From the NCBI GenBank assembly GCA_965237905.1, contig OZ250172.1, positions 1,120,001-1,184,000 of the forward strand: 64,000 nt of DNA. Direction: 5' to 3'. Source of the stretch: Nitrospinaceae bacterium. GTDB taxonomy: Bacteria; Nitrospinota; Nitrospinia; Nitrospinales; Nitrospinaceae. Under the pieces are notes generated by a model. The model did not search any database. It was not told the DNA's origin and saw only the letters and a program-made list of their open reading frames with translations. The number at the start of each line of letters is the position of its first letter. Within the stretch, counting starts at the first letter, position 1. The translations under genes and the position numbers were made by a program. This document shows positions 29,890-40,375 of this stretch, one piece after another.

Positions 29890-31405
29890 TTAATGGACTT
29901 GAGTCAACACGCTGTCGAAACGGCGCTCCACGGTTTCCATATAATCAAGAACCAGTTTTCTGGCGATAACAGGATCCCCTCCGGAAAACTGTAACGCCAG
30001 CTGTTCCAGATGAGGAACGTTCTCGTCATTTCTCCCCAGCCCTTCGCGCGGTACCCACTGGGAAATGTTGGTGCGCCGCCTCAGATAGTCCTCCAGATTC
30101 AGGCACCGCTCATTTTCGATACAGCTTCGAAGAGACGGCACTTTGTCCTGCAAACCGGGAAACGAATCCCATTCCATCTCGGAAATCTGCGTGCGTTGCA
30201 CCGGTAAAGGCGTCTGCCCGGGTTCCACCAGCCAGCGGATTTGTTCTTCCACTTTTTCGGCAACGGAAACACAACTGGTGAACTTGCCGCCATACACCGA
30301 AATCCAGGCCTTCTCCGAATCCTTGCTGATCCGATGTTTTCGTGAAAGATCGAGTGGATAACAATTTTTGGAGTAATCTTTTTTGACTACCAGCGGCCGC
30401 ACCCCGCACCGAAGGGAAACCACGTCCGATGGATTCACTTCCTGTTTCAAATGCCGGCTGGCCCGCTCCAAGAGAAAATCGACGTCCTCCGGCTCGGTAT
30501 GAATGCCGCCTTCGATGGTGGGCATATAAGTTTCCGTCGGTCCCCACAGAGCGATCGGACCCCACGGGATGTACGACAAGACATCTCCCTGCTGGCCCAT
30601 GTCGAAGATCAGAGGATAATTGTGCTGGTCCTGCCGTTCCAGTCCGACGAACACGCCTTTACTGAAAACATGTTTGTAAGGCGTTTCGATCTGGAATTGC
30701 TGATTGATCGTATCGGTCCAGACCCCGGCGCAATTGATGACACACCGGCTTTTGGAAACCTGCGCCCAGCCGGTGACCTCATCGGTCAACGTCAACCGCC
30801 ACAGTTTGTCCCCGGGATGGAACTCGCCACCAGTGAGCGCGCAATAATTGAGAGCGATGCCTCTATTGGAATCCTGATCGGTAATCCATTTCAGTACAAA
30901 ACGGCTGTCCGAACTATTCAGAACCGCTTCCTGGTATAAGAATGAAGCGTCATGTTCGTTATTCTTCAGAAACATTTTTTCTGCATAGGAATCCTCCACC
31001 CGTGGCCGCTCCCGGTGGCACAGGCCGAGCATCCAATAGAAATACAGGGCGGATGCCATGAGGTACTTGTTCCAACCCGTATCCCGCGAGGGGATGTAGC
31101 GGAACAACGCGGGAGACACCTCGCACCCCATATTCCGGATCATCGCCTCCCGGTCGCGGGACAACTTGGCTACGGTTAAAAAATCCATATTGCGCAGATA
31201 CAGCAAGCCGCCCCACACCATCATGGCCGAAGCCTGGCTGGTGCCGCCTGCAAAATCGCCCTTGTCCACCAGTAACACCCGGTATCCCAGACGGCACAGG
31301 TGATGATACAAACAGGCGCCATTGATCCCGCCCCCGATGGATGGTCACGTCAAAGGTTTCGTTTTGCGCCATCTCCAGGTCGATTGTTCTTTGGGTCTCA
31401 CCCAT
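29890..31405 (-). pseudogene. FAD-dependent glycerol-3-phosphate-dehydrogenase-like oxidoreductase interrupted by a 1-bp insertion (or sequencing error)
   Basis: GGAGG RBS then ATG 31405; reading ACC ATC [C] ATC GGG GGC GGG ATC AAT restores FDVTIIGGGINGA; downstream DKGDFAGGTS, NCAGVW, SKGV, GVRPL, GGKFT are GlpD motifs. Confidence 0.8.
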
Positions 31406-31808
31406 TTTTGCCTCCGGCTCGTTTGTTGATTCGTTAGGGAGAGGACTCGATTCCCTTCTTAGCCTCCCCGGTAACCCTGCGAGCATCCTTGTTTTCTTCT
31501 ACCCTAAATTTAAGCCCATAGTGAAATTTTGTCAATAAATTTTTTATATATTATTCAATATTTATCAGACGACCAGCTTATGGTTATCAAGTATAGGCCA
31601 AAACCTATTGAATTAAATGAAATTACTTTATTTTGACAACCCTGGAGCATTATCTGGAAAACCATCTAACTGCACCTCCAAAGTACCCTTGGGCTGGGAG
31701 AAACCCCACTTGCCGGACAATTTTTGATAAGATTGACCGCTCATTCCCGCAATTCTCTTGGGAGCGACCGAACCTCTTTCATCCTCGGGAGTATTTTTCC
31801 ACACAATC

Positions 31809-32480
31809 ATGATTGTTCGATTCGACAAGGTTTCCAAATATTTTCAGGCGGGCGAGACACGAATTGCCGCGCTATCGGACGTGAGCCTGAGCCTGGGAAA
31901 AAAGGATTTCGTTACGGTGATGGGTCCCAGCGGAGGCGGCAAAACCACCCTGCTGAACTGTATGGGCGGCCTCGACAAGCCGGACCAGGGCGAAATTTAC
32001 CTGAACGGCCATTCGCTGTCCGGAATGAACGACCGCGAATTAACCCAACTCCGCCGCCGGGACATCGGTTTCGTCTTCCAGTTTTTCAATCTCATGCCCA
32101 CCCTGTCGGTCATCGAAAACATCGAACTGCCTCTCTTGCTCAGCCATGCCTCGCGCGAAGGTAAGGAAAGGATCGACTCGTTGCTGGATTACGTCGGTTT
32201 GAAACACCGCGCCCGCTCCTTTCCCGCCGAATTGTCCGGCGGTGAAATGCAACGAGTGGCTATCGCCCGTGCGCTGGTGCATCAGCCCGCTTTACTGCTG
32301 GCAGACGAACCCACCGGCAACCTCGATTCTGAAAACGGCATCAAAATTCTCAATCTCCTGAAACAGGCCAGTGAAGATTTCGAAACCACCGTGGTCGTGG
32401 TCACGCACAATCCACAGGCGGCCCGATACGGTAACCGCCACTTCGAAATCCGCGACGGCACACTGGCAACCTTGAAATGA
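31809..32480 (+). CDS. ABC transporter ATP-binding protein (LolD/MacB type)
   Basis: GPSGGGKTT, LSGGEMQRVAIARAL, ADEPTGNLD, VTH. Confidence 0.93.
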   Translation: MIVRFDKVSKYFQAGETRIAALSDVSLSLGKKDFVTVMGPSGGGKTTLLNCMGGLDKPDQGEIYLNGHSLSGMNDRELTQLRRRDIGFVFQFFNLMPTLSVIENIELPLLLSHASREGKERIDSLLDYVGLKHRARSFPAELSGGEMQRVAIARALVHQPALLLADEPTGNLDSENGIKILNLLKQASEDFETTVVVVTHNPQAARYGNRHFEIRDGTLATLK

Positions 32481-32505
32481 ATCTGGGGAGGATCCTCTAC
32501 CAATC

Positions 32506-35085
32506 ATGAGCCTTCTGATTTATTTCAAAGATCTGTTCACCGCGCTCATCCTGCGCCCCTTGGTCCGCGATCCTTTCCGATTCGTCATCACCGTTCTCGG
32601 GGTGGCCATCGGCGTGTCGGTTTTTTTGAGTATCCAGTTGGCCAACCGGCAAACCTTGCTGTCTTTTAGTGAAAGCGTCGATTTGGTGTTGGGCCGGGCG
32701 GATGCGGTGATCGAGGCGGAGGGCATGCCTTTCGACGAAAAACATTTTAAAAGCCTGCTGCCGCTTCGGGAATGGATCAAGGTCTATCCCGTCATCCGTG
32801 GCTACGGAGTGGAGGTAAACAGCAACGAGGTGGTCGAAATTATGGGCACCGACCTGCTTCAGGACAGCGGCGTGCGGAACTTCTCCCTTAAAACCACCAG
32901 CCGGGATTTAAAGGGGCTCCTGCCGATCATTCTGGATCCCGCCAGCGTCGTCCTTCCCGAAAGGTTCATCCCCGAAACCGACTATCAACCCGGCGATCCA
33001 CTTCGTCTCATCATCGATGGCCGTGAACAAACCTTGAACATCAACGCCATCCTGGAGCACAAAGGGATCGCCAAAGCGTTGAACGGCAATTATGTGATCA
33101 TGGATATCGCCGCAGCGCAAAAGGTTCTCGGTAAAATCGGCAAGCTCGACCGCATCGAAGTGGAGTTTTTGAAGAACAAGGATTTTCCCCGCATGCAACA
33201 CATGATTGCCGAAGTGCTCCCCGATTATTTGCGGGTGGACCGGCCGGAGCGCAGAAACCGGCAGGTCGAAAAAATGTTGCGTGCGTTTCAATACAATCTG
33301 TCGGCACTCAGCTTCGTCGCTTTGCTGGTCGGCCTGTACCTCATTTACAATATGATTTCCCTTTCGGTGGTGCGCCGCAGAACGGAAATCGGTACCCTGC
33401 GTGCCCTGGGCGCTACGCCGGGATTGATCGCCGCTATTTTCCTGTTGGAAGCCGGAGTGATCGGGGCTATCGGTTCCCTGATCGGTATCGGGTTCGGATA
33501 TTATATGGCGCAGTTTTCACTGGAGGCGGTGGCGATCACCATCAACAATCTGTATGCCTCCACCCAGGTGACGGAGGTGGATTTCGATTGGAATCAGGGA
33601 AGCCTCTATTTTCTGGTCGGAGTCGGGTTGTCGTTCGTATCGGCGATCATCCCCGCTTACGATGCCGCCACCACCTCGCCGACCCAGGTGATGCGGCGCG
33701 GCAGTTACGATCTCAAAATTTTTCGCGGCAACCGGAAACTCACCTTCATCGCTCTGGGCATTTTTGGGCTGGCAGGTCTCTGCTCGCAACTCCCCGCCAT
33801 CGGCCAGTTTCCATACTTCGGATTCCTGTCCGTCTTCTTCATTATATTAGGCATCTCCTTCATCGCTCCATCGGGATTGCTGGTCCTGCGCGATCTTTCG
33901 CACGGCCTGTGCAAGCGATGGTTCAAGGGGGAGGGTCTGCTGGCCAGCATGAACCTGTCGCAGAACGTGGGGCGCAACTCCATTGCCGTGGCGTCCCTGG
34001 CCATCGCGTTTATGATGGTAATCAGCATGTCGATCATGGTGCACAGTTTCAGGCAAACGGTGGTGGTGTGGATTGACCAGACCCTCCGGGCGGATTTGTT
34101 CGTGCGCGCCGCCGCCGGGAAAAACATCGATTACCAGTACACGCTCCCTATCGATCAAGTGACGGAGCTCCGGAATATTGAAGGTGTGCAAGCCGTGGAC
34201 CTGTTCCGCGCCATCCATATTTCCTACAACGACGAACCCGCCATCCTGGCCTCCGGCGATTTTAACGCCCTGTCGCGTTACGGCAACCTGGTGATCAAAG
34301 ACGGACCGCCCGCCACTGAACTGGCGGGGTTGATGGTGGGACAGAACCGCGCCATCGTGTCGGAAGCGTTTTCATTGAAGCATGAGGTGGCACGGGGCGA
34401 CCGCTTGACCCTGAGCACTCCCAACGGACCTTTGGAAGCGGAAATTGCCGCCGTCTATTACGATTATTCGCAGGAGCGGGGTTACATCGTGATCGACCGC
34501 GGGATTTACCTGAAGCATTACAACGATCCCAACGTCAACAGCTTCGTCGTTTACCTTAAGGACAAGCAACAGCTACCCTCGGTGCGCAAAGAGATCATTC
34601 GTACCATCGGGAATTCCAGGCGCATCTTCGTGCGTTCCAATCAGGAACTGAAAACCGAAGTACTGAGGATTTTTGACAGAACCTTCGCCATCACCTATTC
34701 GCTGGAGATTATCGGTATCGGCGTAGCGGTGTTGGGATTGTTCAATACGTTGATCTCGCTGATTATCGAGCGGCGGCGGGAAATCGGGATTCTGCGTTTC
34801 ATCGGAGCGTTTCAGGAGCAGGTCAAAAAAATGATTCTGATCGAGGCAGGCCTGCTGGGAGTGATCGGTTCCGTGCTGGGACTGGCGGCGGGAATCGTCG
34901 TCTCTTATCTTCTGATCTTCGTGATCAACAAGCAATCGTTCGGCTGGACCATTCAGGTGTTCTTCCCCTATGGATTCATACTCATCGCAGTCACTTTGTT
35001 CTGGATCGTCGCCTGCATGGCTGGCCTCTACCCCGCCCGCCTCGCCACCCGCCTCAACCCCAAAGAATCCGTGAGAGCGGAGTAA
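32506..35085 (+). CDS. ABC transporter permease, duplicated FtsX/MacB-type
   Basis: Two RR.EIG.LR..GA motifs and two periplasmic domains; follows the ATPase. Confidence 0.9.
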   Translation: MSLLIYFKDLFTALILRPLVRDPFRFVITVLGVAIGVSVFLSIQLANRQTLLSFSESVDLVLGRADAVIEAEGMPFDEKHFKSLLPLREWIKVYPVIRGYGVEVNSNEVVEIMGTDLLQDSGVRNFSLKTTSRDLKGLLPIILDPASVVLPERFIPETDYQPGDPLRLIIDGREQTLNINAILEHKGIAKALNGNYVIMDIAAAQKVLGKIGKLDRIEVEFLKNKDFPRMQHMIAEVLPDYLRVDRPERRNRQVEKMLRAFQYNLSALSFVALLVGLYLIYNMISLSVVRRRTEIGTLRALGATPGLIAAIFLLEAGVIGAIGSLIGIGFGYYMAQFSLEAVAITINNLYASTQVTEVDFDWNQGSLYFLVGVGLSFVSAIIPAYDAATTSPTQVMRRGSYDLKIFRGNRKLTFIALGIFGLAGLCSQLPAIGQFPYFGFLSVFFIILGISFIAPSGLLVLRDLSHGLCKRWFKGEGLLASMNLSQNVGRNSIAVASLAIAFMMVISMSIMVHSFRQTVVVWIDQTLRADLFVRAAAGKNIDYQYTLPIDQVTELRNIEGVQAVDLFRAIHISYNDEPAILASGDFNALSRYGNLVIKDGPPATELAGLMVGQNRAIVSEAFSLKHEVARGDRLTLSTPNGPLEAEIAAVYYDYSQERGYIVIDRGIYLKHYNDPNVNSFVVYLKDKQQLPSVRKEIIRTIGNSRRIFVRSNQELKTEVLRIFDRTFAITYSLEIIGIGVAVLGLFNTLISLIIERRREIGILRFIGAFQEQVKKMILIEAGLLGVIGSVLGLAAGIVVSYLLIFVINKQSFGWTIQVFFPYGFILIAVTLFWIVACMAGLYPARLATRLNPKESVRAE

Positions 35086-35096
35086 GTAATTTTAGA

Positions 35097-36839
35097 TTAT
35101 TCTCCAGACTGGCTGTTGCTGAGGTCGAGGAGTTTCATTTCGATGGAGTTGCGGCCGCCCCAGGTGTTGCGGCGCAGTTCGTAAACGATGTCGACCGGTT
35201 GGTTCGCGTCGATGGATTGAAAAGCGTGGGCCAGGTTGAAACCGATGACGTTCCGGAAATGGTTGTCCTGAAATGCCCGGAAGCGAACATGGTTGTCCTC
35301 GCGGCCGACGAATTTGACGTCGCGCGCCCGAACGTCACGCGAGATAAAAATGGGAACCTTGTTCATCTGCCCGAACGGTTCCAGCATTTCAATTTCCCCA
35401 TAGAGCTCATGGGTAATATCCTCCATCGTCAGCGTAGCGTCCACTTTCAATTCCGCCACCAGGCAGTCTTCGGTGAGGTATTCGTCCCCCACCTTGTTGA
35501 TGGCTTTCCGGAAATCGTCCACCCGGCCCTGCTCAATATTCAATCCGGCGGCATAGGCGTGTCCGCCGTACTGGATGAGATGTTCCGCGCATTGCGTCAT
35601 CGCCTTGACCAGGTTGAACGAAGGAATGCTTCGCGCCGAGCCTTTACCCTTACCGTCTTCGAGCGCAATGAGGATCGCAGGACGGTAAAACTTTTCCGCC
35701 AGTTTGGCGGCGACGATGCCGATGACTCCCTGATGAAAATTTTCCGATGCCAGGACAATGACATTTTCATTTTCAAGATCTACCTGTCGCTCCAGCAGAT
35801 ATTCCGCTTCCTCGAAACACCATTTCTGCGTTTCCTTGCGCTCTTCGTTGAGTTCGTCCAGCGACTTCGCCATTTCCATCGCTTCATTGAGGTCGGACGA
35901 TACCAGCAGATGCAGGCCGCGGTCCGGTTGACCCAGTCTTCCGGCGGCGTTCAGGCGGGGTCCCATGCCGAAGCCCACGGAAGAGGAGTCGACTTTGCCT
36001 TCGATCCCGACGACTGATTTCAAAGCGATCACTCCCGGCTTGACGCTGTTGCGCAGGGCCTCCAGCCCGTGCGACGTGAGCACATGGTTTTCGTCGATTA
36101 ACGGCGCCATATCAGCGATGGTGCCTAGAGTAAACAGGTCGAGATGTTTTTTGAGATTTGGAAGCCGGTCCTCGTCCCAGCCCGCGTCCAGCAATCCCCG
36201 GCGAATCCCTGCCGCCAGTTTGAACACGATGCCGACGCCGCTCAAAAACTTGAACGGATAATTGCAGTCGGGCTGATGGGGGTTCAACACCGCCAGCGCG
36301 TCGGGCAATCCTTCCACCGCAATCTGATGATGGTCCGTTACGATAACCTCCATACCGATCTTATTGGCGTGCGCCACCTGCGATAACGCAGTGATTCCTG
36401 TATCCGCCGTGATCACCAATTTACTGCCGCGCGCCTTAATGGTTTCCAACGCCTTATCGTTGAGGCCATAGCCTTCTTCCATTCGGTTGGGCAGATAATG
36501 AGCAAACGGCGCGTCCAACTCCCGGAAGAAATGCACCATCAATGCGGCGGAGGTCACTCCATCCACATCATAATCGCCATAAACCGTGACGGTTTCCCGG
36601 TTCTGGATGGCCTGAACGAGGCGCCGGACAGCCACATCCATGCCCCGCATCAAAAAAGGGTCATGAGTGATATCCAACCGCGCGTCCAGAAAAAAACGGG
36701 CCGCATCGGGATCTCCGAGGCCGCGGTTGACCATCAGTTGGGCGAGCAAAGACGAAAGACCCCCGTCTTCCTTCAACCGGTCGACTGTTTCATCTTCCGC
36801 GTTGGCGAACACCCATTTTTTGTTGAGCGCTGATAGCAT
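35097..36839 (-). CDS. recJ: Single-stranded-DNA-specific exonuclease RecJ
   Basis: YGDYDVDG, TDHH, GTIADMAPL, PRLNAAGR, GSARS, GGH..AAG. Confidence 0.96.
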   Translation of the reverse strand: MLSALNKKWVFANAEDETVDRLKEDGGLSSLLAQLMVNRGLGDPDAARFFLDARLDITHDPFLMRGMDVAVRRLVQAIQNRETVTVYGDYDVDGVTSAALMVHFFRELDAPFAHYLPNRMEEGYGLNDKALETIKARGSKLVITADTGITALSQVAHANKIGMEVIVTDHHQIAVEGLPDALAVLNPHQPDCNYPFKFLSGVGIVFKLAAGIRRGLLDAGWDEDRLPNLKKHLDLFTLGTIADMAPLIDENHVLTSHGLEALRNSVKPGVIALKSVVGIEGKVDSSSVGFGMGPRLNAAGRLGQPDRGLHLLVSSDLNEAMEMAKSLDELNEERKETQKWCFEEAEYLLERQVDLENENVIVLASENFHQGVIGIVAAKLAEKFYRPAILIALEDGKGKGSARSIPSFNLVKAMTQCAEHLIQYGGHAYAAGLNIEQGRVDDFRKAINKVGDEYLTEDCLVAELKVDATLTMEDITHELYGEIEMLEPFGQMNKVPIFISRDVRARDVKFVGREDNHVRFRAFQDNHFRNVIGFNLAHAFQSIDANQPVDIVYELRRNTWGGRNSIEMKLLDLSNSQSGE

Positions 36840-36858
36840 AAACAATCCAAAAAGTTTC

Positions 36859-37467
36859 TTACCGGCGGCGGTTCAAATATTCCGCCACACCCTTAAACGT
36901 TTTCCGGTGAATGGGACACGGCCCGTACTGTTGAATCCGTTCACGGTGCAGCCGGGTGCCATATCCCTTGTGCAGGGAAAATTCATATTGAGGATACTGC
37001 TCGTGATATCGTTCCATTAACCGGTCCCGCGTCACCTTTGCCAATACCGACGCGGCGGCGATGGACAAACTCGCATCGTCACCGCCGATGATGGTTTTCT
37101 GGTGCGTGTCGCATTCGATGCCGCGGTTGCCATCGATCAAAAGCATATCCGCCGGCGCGGGAAGTTGTTCCACCGCCTTTTTCATAGCCAGCAATGCGGC
37201 CTGCAGAATGTTGATTTCGTCGATCGTATTTTCATCGACCCGGCCGATTCCAAATCCCGTACACTTTTCAATGATTTGATCGTACAGTATTTCGCGTAAT
37301 CTGGGGGATATTTTTTTGGAATCACGCAGGCCGGGCAGGGAAAGCTCGGGAGGCAACACCACGGCGGCGGCCACCACGGGTCCCGCCAGTGGCCCACGGC
37401 CCGCTTCGTCTACTCCCGCCACTGAACGGTATCCGGAATGTTCCGCTTCCCTTTCGTGGTCCCTCAT
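36859..37467 (-). CDS. rnhB: Ribonuclease HII
   Basis: GVDEAGRGPLAGPV, DSKK, IAAASVLAKVTRD, HKGYGT. Confidence 0.97.
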   Translation of the reverse strand: MRDHEREAEHSGYRSVAGVDEAGRGPLAGPVVAAAVVLPPELSLPGLRDSKKISPRLREILYDQIIEKCTGFGIGRVDENTIDEINILQAALLAMKKAVEQLPAPADMLLIDGNRGIECDTHQKTIIGGDDASLSIAAASVLAKVTRDRLMERYHEQYPQYEFSLHKGYGTRLHRERIQQYGPCPIHRKTFKGVAEYLNRRR

Positions 37468-37529
37468 CGGTTGCTCCTCCGTGGCGATAATAGGTTATTC
37501 ACCCTAAGCCCGCAACAGGAAAGTGCCCG

Positions 37530-37558
37530 TTGAAAAGTGGAGCGGCAAACTCTATAAT
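37530..37558 (+). promoter_or_regulatory. Near-consensus sigma70 promoter (likely leaderless transcript)
   Basis: TTGAAA(37530)-N17-TATAAT(37553), ATG at 37565. Confidence 0.65.
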
Positions 37559-37564
37559 CAATGC

Positions 37565-38479
37565 ATGTTGCTTAAGCGTTTCATCCCAATTGTTTTGATT
37601 TTTTCCTTCTTGTTGGGTTGCGGTAAATTCCCGTTTTCCAATCGTTATGAGAGCCCTCCGCCTTCTTCGGCCGATGCCATTCCGTCTCAGCAGGAAGCGG
37701 CCCTGGGAGAAGAGGCTTTCCAGGAAATCCTCAAAAAAGAAAAATTGTCGTTGGATGGCCAATTGATCACCATCGTGGAACGGGTGGGCCGGCAATTGGC
37801 GGCAGTGTCTCCCATGCCCAGCCTGAGGTGGGAATTCAAGCTGATCGAATCCAACCGGAAAAACGTCATTGCCCTGCCCGGTGGAAAAGTGGTTATCTAC
37901 ACCGGCATTCTCCCCGTTTGCGCCAACGAGGCCGGGCTGGCGGCGCTGATGAGCCATCAAATTGCTCATGACATTGCACGCCATCGTACGGAGCGATTAG
38001 CTGTAGCGATGAACACCGGAGGACAAGCAACGGCCACGCCGGTCGGTCTTTCCAATTCCAAAAATAAAAATGCCCTGCTGACGGCGCTGGGTATTGGCGC
38101 CGCTGAGAATGGGATCGGACCTTTTCACCCCAGTCATGAATTTGAAGCGGATGAAATCGGCATCATGCTGATGGTGAAGGCGGGGTACGACCCGGCGGAA
38201 GCCGAGCGTTTCTGGAGCCGGGTCAACACCATGCAAAAAGGTTCGCGTCCGCCGGAGGTTCTTACTCTCCATCCCATCGATCCCAAGCGCATGATGGACA
38301 TTCGCCGGTCGCTATCCAAAGCGTACCGGGCCTACCGGGCCAACCCGCTGAAGCACGGATTGGGCCAATCCTTCCTCTATATATTGAGCCGCAGAAAAAT
38401 GCGGGAGATGCAAAAGAAACCCTCTGAGCCACTCGAAGTTTATCCGGAAAAGTCGGCTCCCGCACCCTACCCTCATTAA
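37565..38479 (+). CDS. M48-family metallopeptidase-like lipoprotein with HQxxH in place of HExxH
   Basis: Lipobox LLGC; ALPGGKV..YTG, HQIAH, E.EAD.IG, AGYDP. Confidence 0.85.
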   Translation: MLLKRFIPIVLIFSFLLGCGKFPFSNRYESPPPSSADAIPSQQEAALGEEAFQEILKKEKLSLDGQLITIVERVGRQLAAVSPMPSLRWEFKLIESNRKNVIALPGGKVVIYTGILPVCANEAGLAALMSHQIAHDIARHRTERLAVAMNTGGQATATPVGLSNSKNKNALLTALGIGAAENGIGPFHPSHEFEADEIGIMLMVKAGYDPAEAERFWSRVNTMQKGSRPPEVLTLHPIDPKRMMDIRRSLSKAYRAYRANPLKHGLGQSFLYILSRRKMREMQKKPSEPLEVYPEKSAPAPYPH

Positions 38480-38486
38480 AACCCAC

Positions 38487-38516
38487 AAAAAAAACCGGCC
38501 TCGAAATCGAGACCGG
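38487..38516 (-). terminator. Intrinsic terminator after rplS
   Basis: Minus strand CCGGTCTCG-attt-CGAGGCCGG followed by T8. Confidence 0.75.
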
Positions 38517-38546
38517 CTCAGGAAACAGGTGTGTGCGAAACGGGAT

Positions 38547-38996
38547 TTATTCTTCGGTCTTGGCTTCGACCTTTTCTTCAGCCTTTACATCGGTATTTGT
38601 TTCAGCTTTGGCTTTGGATTTCTTTTTGGATTTACCCGCGCCCTTCTTGGACTGAACCCGGACCTCCTTCAGACGCGCCGCTTTACCACGCAGTTCGCGC
38701 AGGTAGTACAGCTTGGCGCGGCGGACTTTGGAGTGTTTCACCACTTCCACTTTTTCCACCCGCGGGGAATGCAGGGGGAAGATACGCTCGACCCCTACGC
38801 CGAACGACACTTTTCGTACGGTAATGGTTTTCCGGTTCTGACTGCCGCGCATTTTGATCACGACGCCTTCCACCACCTGGACGCGCTCTTTGCTTCCCTC
38901 GACAATGCGGATATGCACACGGGCGGTATCCCCAATGCGCACCTCGGGAGTTTTTTCCTTCATTTCCTTGTGTTCAATCTGATCCACCAAATTCAT
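38547..38996 (-). CDS. rplS: 50S ribosomal protein L19 (with charged C-terminal tail)
   Basis: [31 protein letters not shown]. Confidence 0.97.
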   Translation of the reverse strand: MNLVDQIEHKEMKEKTPEVRIGDTARVHIRIVEGSKERVQVVEGVVIKMRGSQNRKTITVRKVSFGVGVERIFPLHSPRVEKVEVVKHSKVRRAKLYYLRELRGKAARLKEVRVQSKKGAGKSKKKSKAKAETNTDVKAEEKVEAKTEE

Positions 38997-39064
38997 AAAA
39001 CCTGTCTCCTTCGACTAAAAAGCGCGGATCATATCAATATCCGCCCAAACTCTCAATAAAATAA

Positions 39065-39649
39065 TTATTCGGCCCGCGTTTCCCGCCCCAGCAGTCGGTC
39101 GAGAATGATTGCAATGGCCGCCCGGACCGGCAGGTGATTGTACCCGCTCAACCCATCAATCGGGGCCAGCACGATATCGGCCCGCTCCACAATCCCTGTC
39201 TCCAAACCCCATCCCGTTCCAAACACCAGCAGATGGGGATGATCTTCATTGAACGCTGCGCGCACCTCCTGGTACGACCGGCTTTGCGGAAACCGCTTGG
39301 CATCCGGGATCACCGTCTTCGGCTTCTGTCCCCGGCGTTGGGTGATCTCCGCCACCGCATCGTCCAGCACGTTCACCACACGGGTGTTGAGCAGGGCTCC
39401 CTTCCGGGTGGGGTTGTATTCCGACCCATAACCTTTCAGCCAATGCTCTATCAGGCGGCTCACCAGCTTCTGCTGGGTCTCCAGCGGCGTCACCACATAA
39501 AACGTGTTCACCGCATAAGTCCGGCATATCCGCGAGATGTCATGCACGTCCAAGGTCGTCACCGACGAGGTAACGATGTCTCCCGATTTGTTGTAGACCG
39601 GGAAATGAACCAGCGCGACGTCGATATTCGTATGAACCGATTCGGTCAA
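39065..39649 (-). CDS. SPOUT-type RNA methyltransferase (TrmD-associated family)
   Basis: LVHFPVYNK, D.HDISR, LVFGTGWGL, YNHL.VRAA. Confidence 0.85.
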   Translation of the reverse strand: MTESVHTNIDVALVHFPVYNKSGDIVTSSVTTLDVHDISRICRTYAVNTFYVVTPLETQQKLVSRLIEHWLKGYGSEYNPTRKGALLNTRVVNVLDDAVAEITQRRGQKPKTVIPDAKRFPQSRSYQEVRAAFNEDHPHLLVFGTGWGLETGIVERADIVLAPIDGLSGYNHLPVRAAIAIILDRLLGRETRAE

Positions 39650-39670
39650 TCTGTGCCGTTTTTCACGGGT

Positions 39671-40375
39671 TTATTCAGAACCGTCCGTTTTAATCTTGCG
39701 AACCAAATCAGGACGGTATTTTGCCGTTTTCTTAAGCGCTGCCTGCCGCTTCCATTCCTCGATTTTCTTGTGGTCGCCGGACACCAAAACTTCCGGTACG
39801 GACCGGCCTTTGTATTCCCGCGGTCGCGTGTACTGCGGGTACTCCAGCATCTTATCGGAGAACGATTCGTCCGCCAGCGACTGTTCGTCTCCGACCACGC
39901 CGGGCACCAGCCGGGCCACGGTTTCCACCACGACCATGGCGGGCACTTCGCCGCCGTTCAATACATAATCGCCGATCGATAACTCTTCGTCGACCAGCTC
40001 GGAGACCCGTTCGTCGACCCCTTCGTAGCGTCCGCATACGAGGATGATTTCATCCTTGCGGGAAAGCTCCCAGGCTTTTTTCTGATCGAAGCGATAGCCG
40101 CCAGGCGACAACAAAATACTGTACGCCTTGGGACGATCCTTCTTCACCGCTTCCAGTGCCCGGTCGATGGGTTCGATATTCATCACCATCCCCACGCCGC
40201 CGCCGAAAGGCGTATCGTCCACCCGTTCGTGTTTGTCCAGTGTGTAATCGCGAAGATCGTGCGTCCTGATCTCGACGATGCCGTTATCCTGCGCCTTGCT
40301 CAACAGGCTTTCACGAAACGGGGAATCAAACATCCCGGGGAAAATCGATATGATGTCAAACCGGATGGTCTTCAA
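39671..40375 (-). CDS. trmD: tRNA (guanine37-N1)-methyltransferase
   Basis: VDDTPFGGG.GM, CGRYEGVDER, SIGDYVL.GGE, YPQYTRP. Confidence 0.97.
   Translation of the reverse strand: MKTIRFDIISIFPGMFDSPFRESLLSKAQDNGIVEIRTHDLRDYTLDKHERVDDTPFGGGVGMVMNIEPIDRALEAVKKDRPKAYSILLSPGGYRFDQKKAWELSRKDEIILVCGRYEGVDERVSELVDEELSIGDYVLNGGEVPAMVVVETVARLVPGVVGDEQSLADESFSDKMLEYPQYTRPREYKGRSVPEVLVSGDHKKIEEWKRQAALKKTAKYRPDLVRKIKTDGSE

Noticed and set aside
30959..31486. 175-aa minus-strand ORF as a separate gene
   Set aside because: Its informative part is the true N-terminus of the frameshifted GlpD-like gene; the rest is off-frame.
31628..31837. 69-aa minus-strand ORF
   Set aside because: Overlaps the start of the ABC ATPase on the other strand; no supporting signals.
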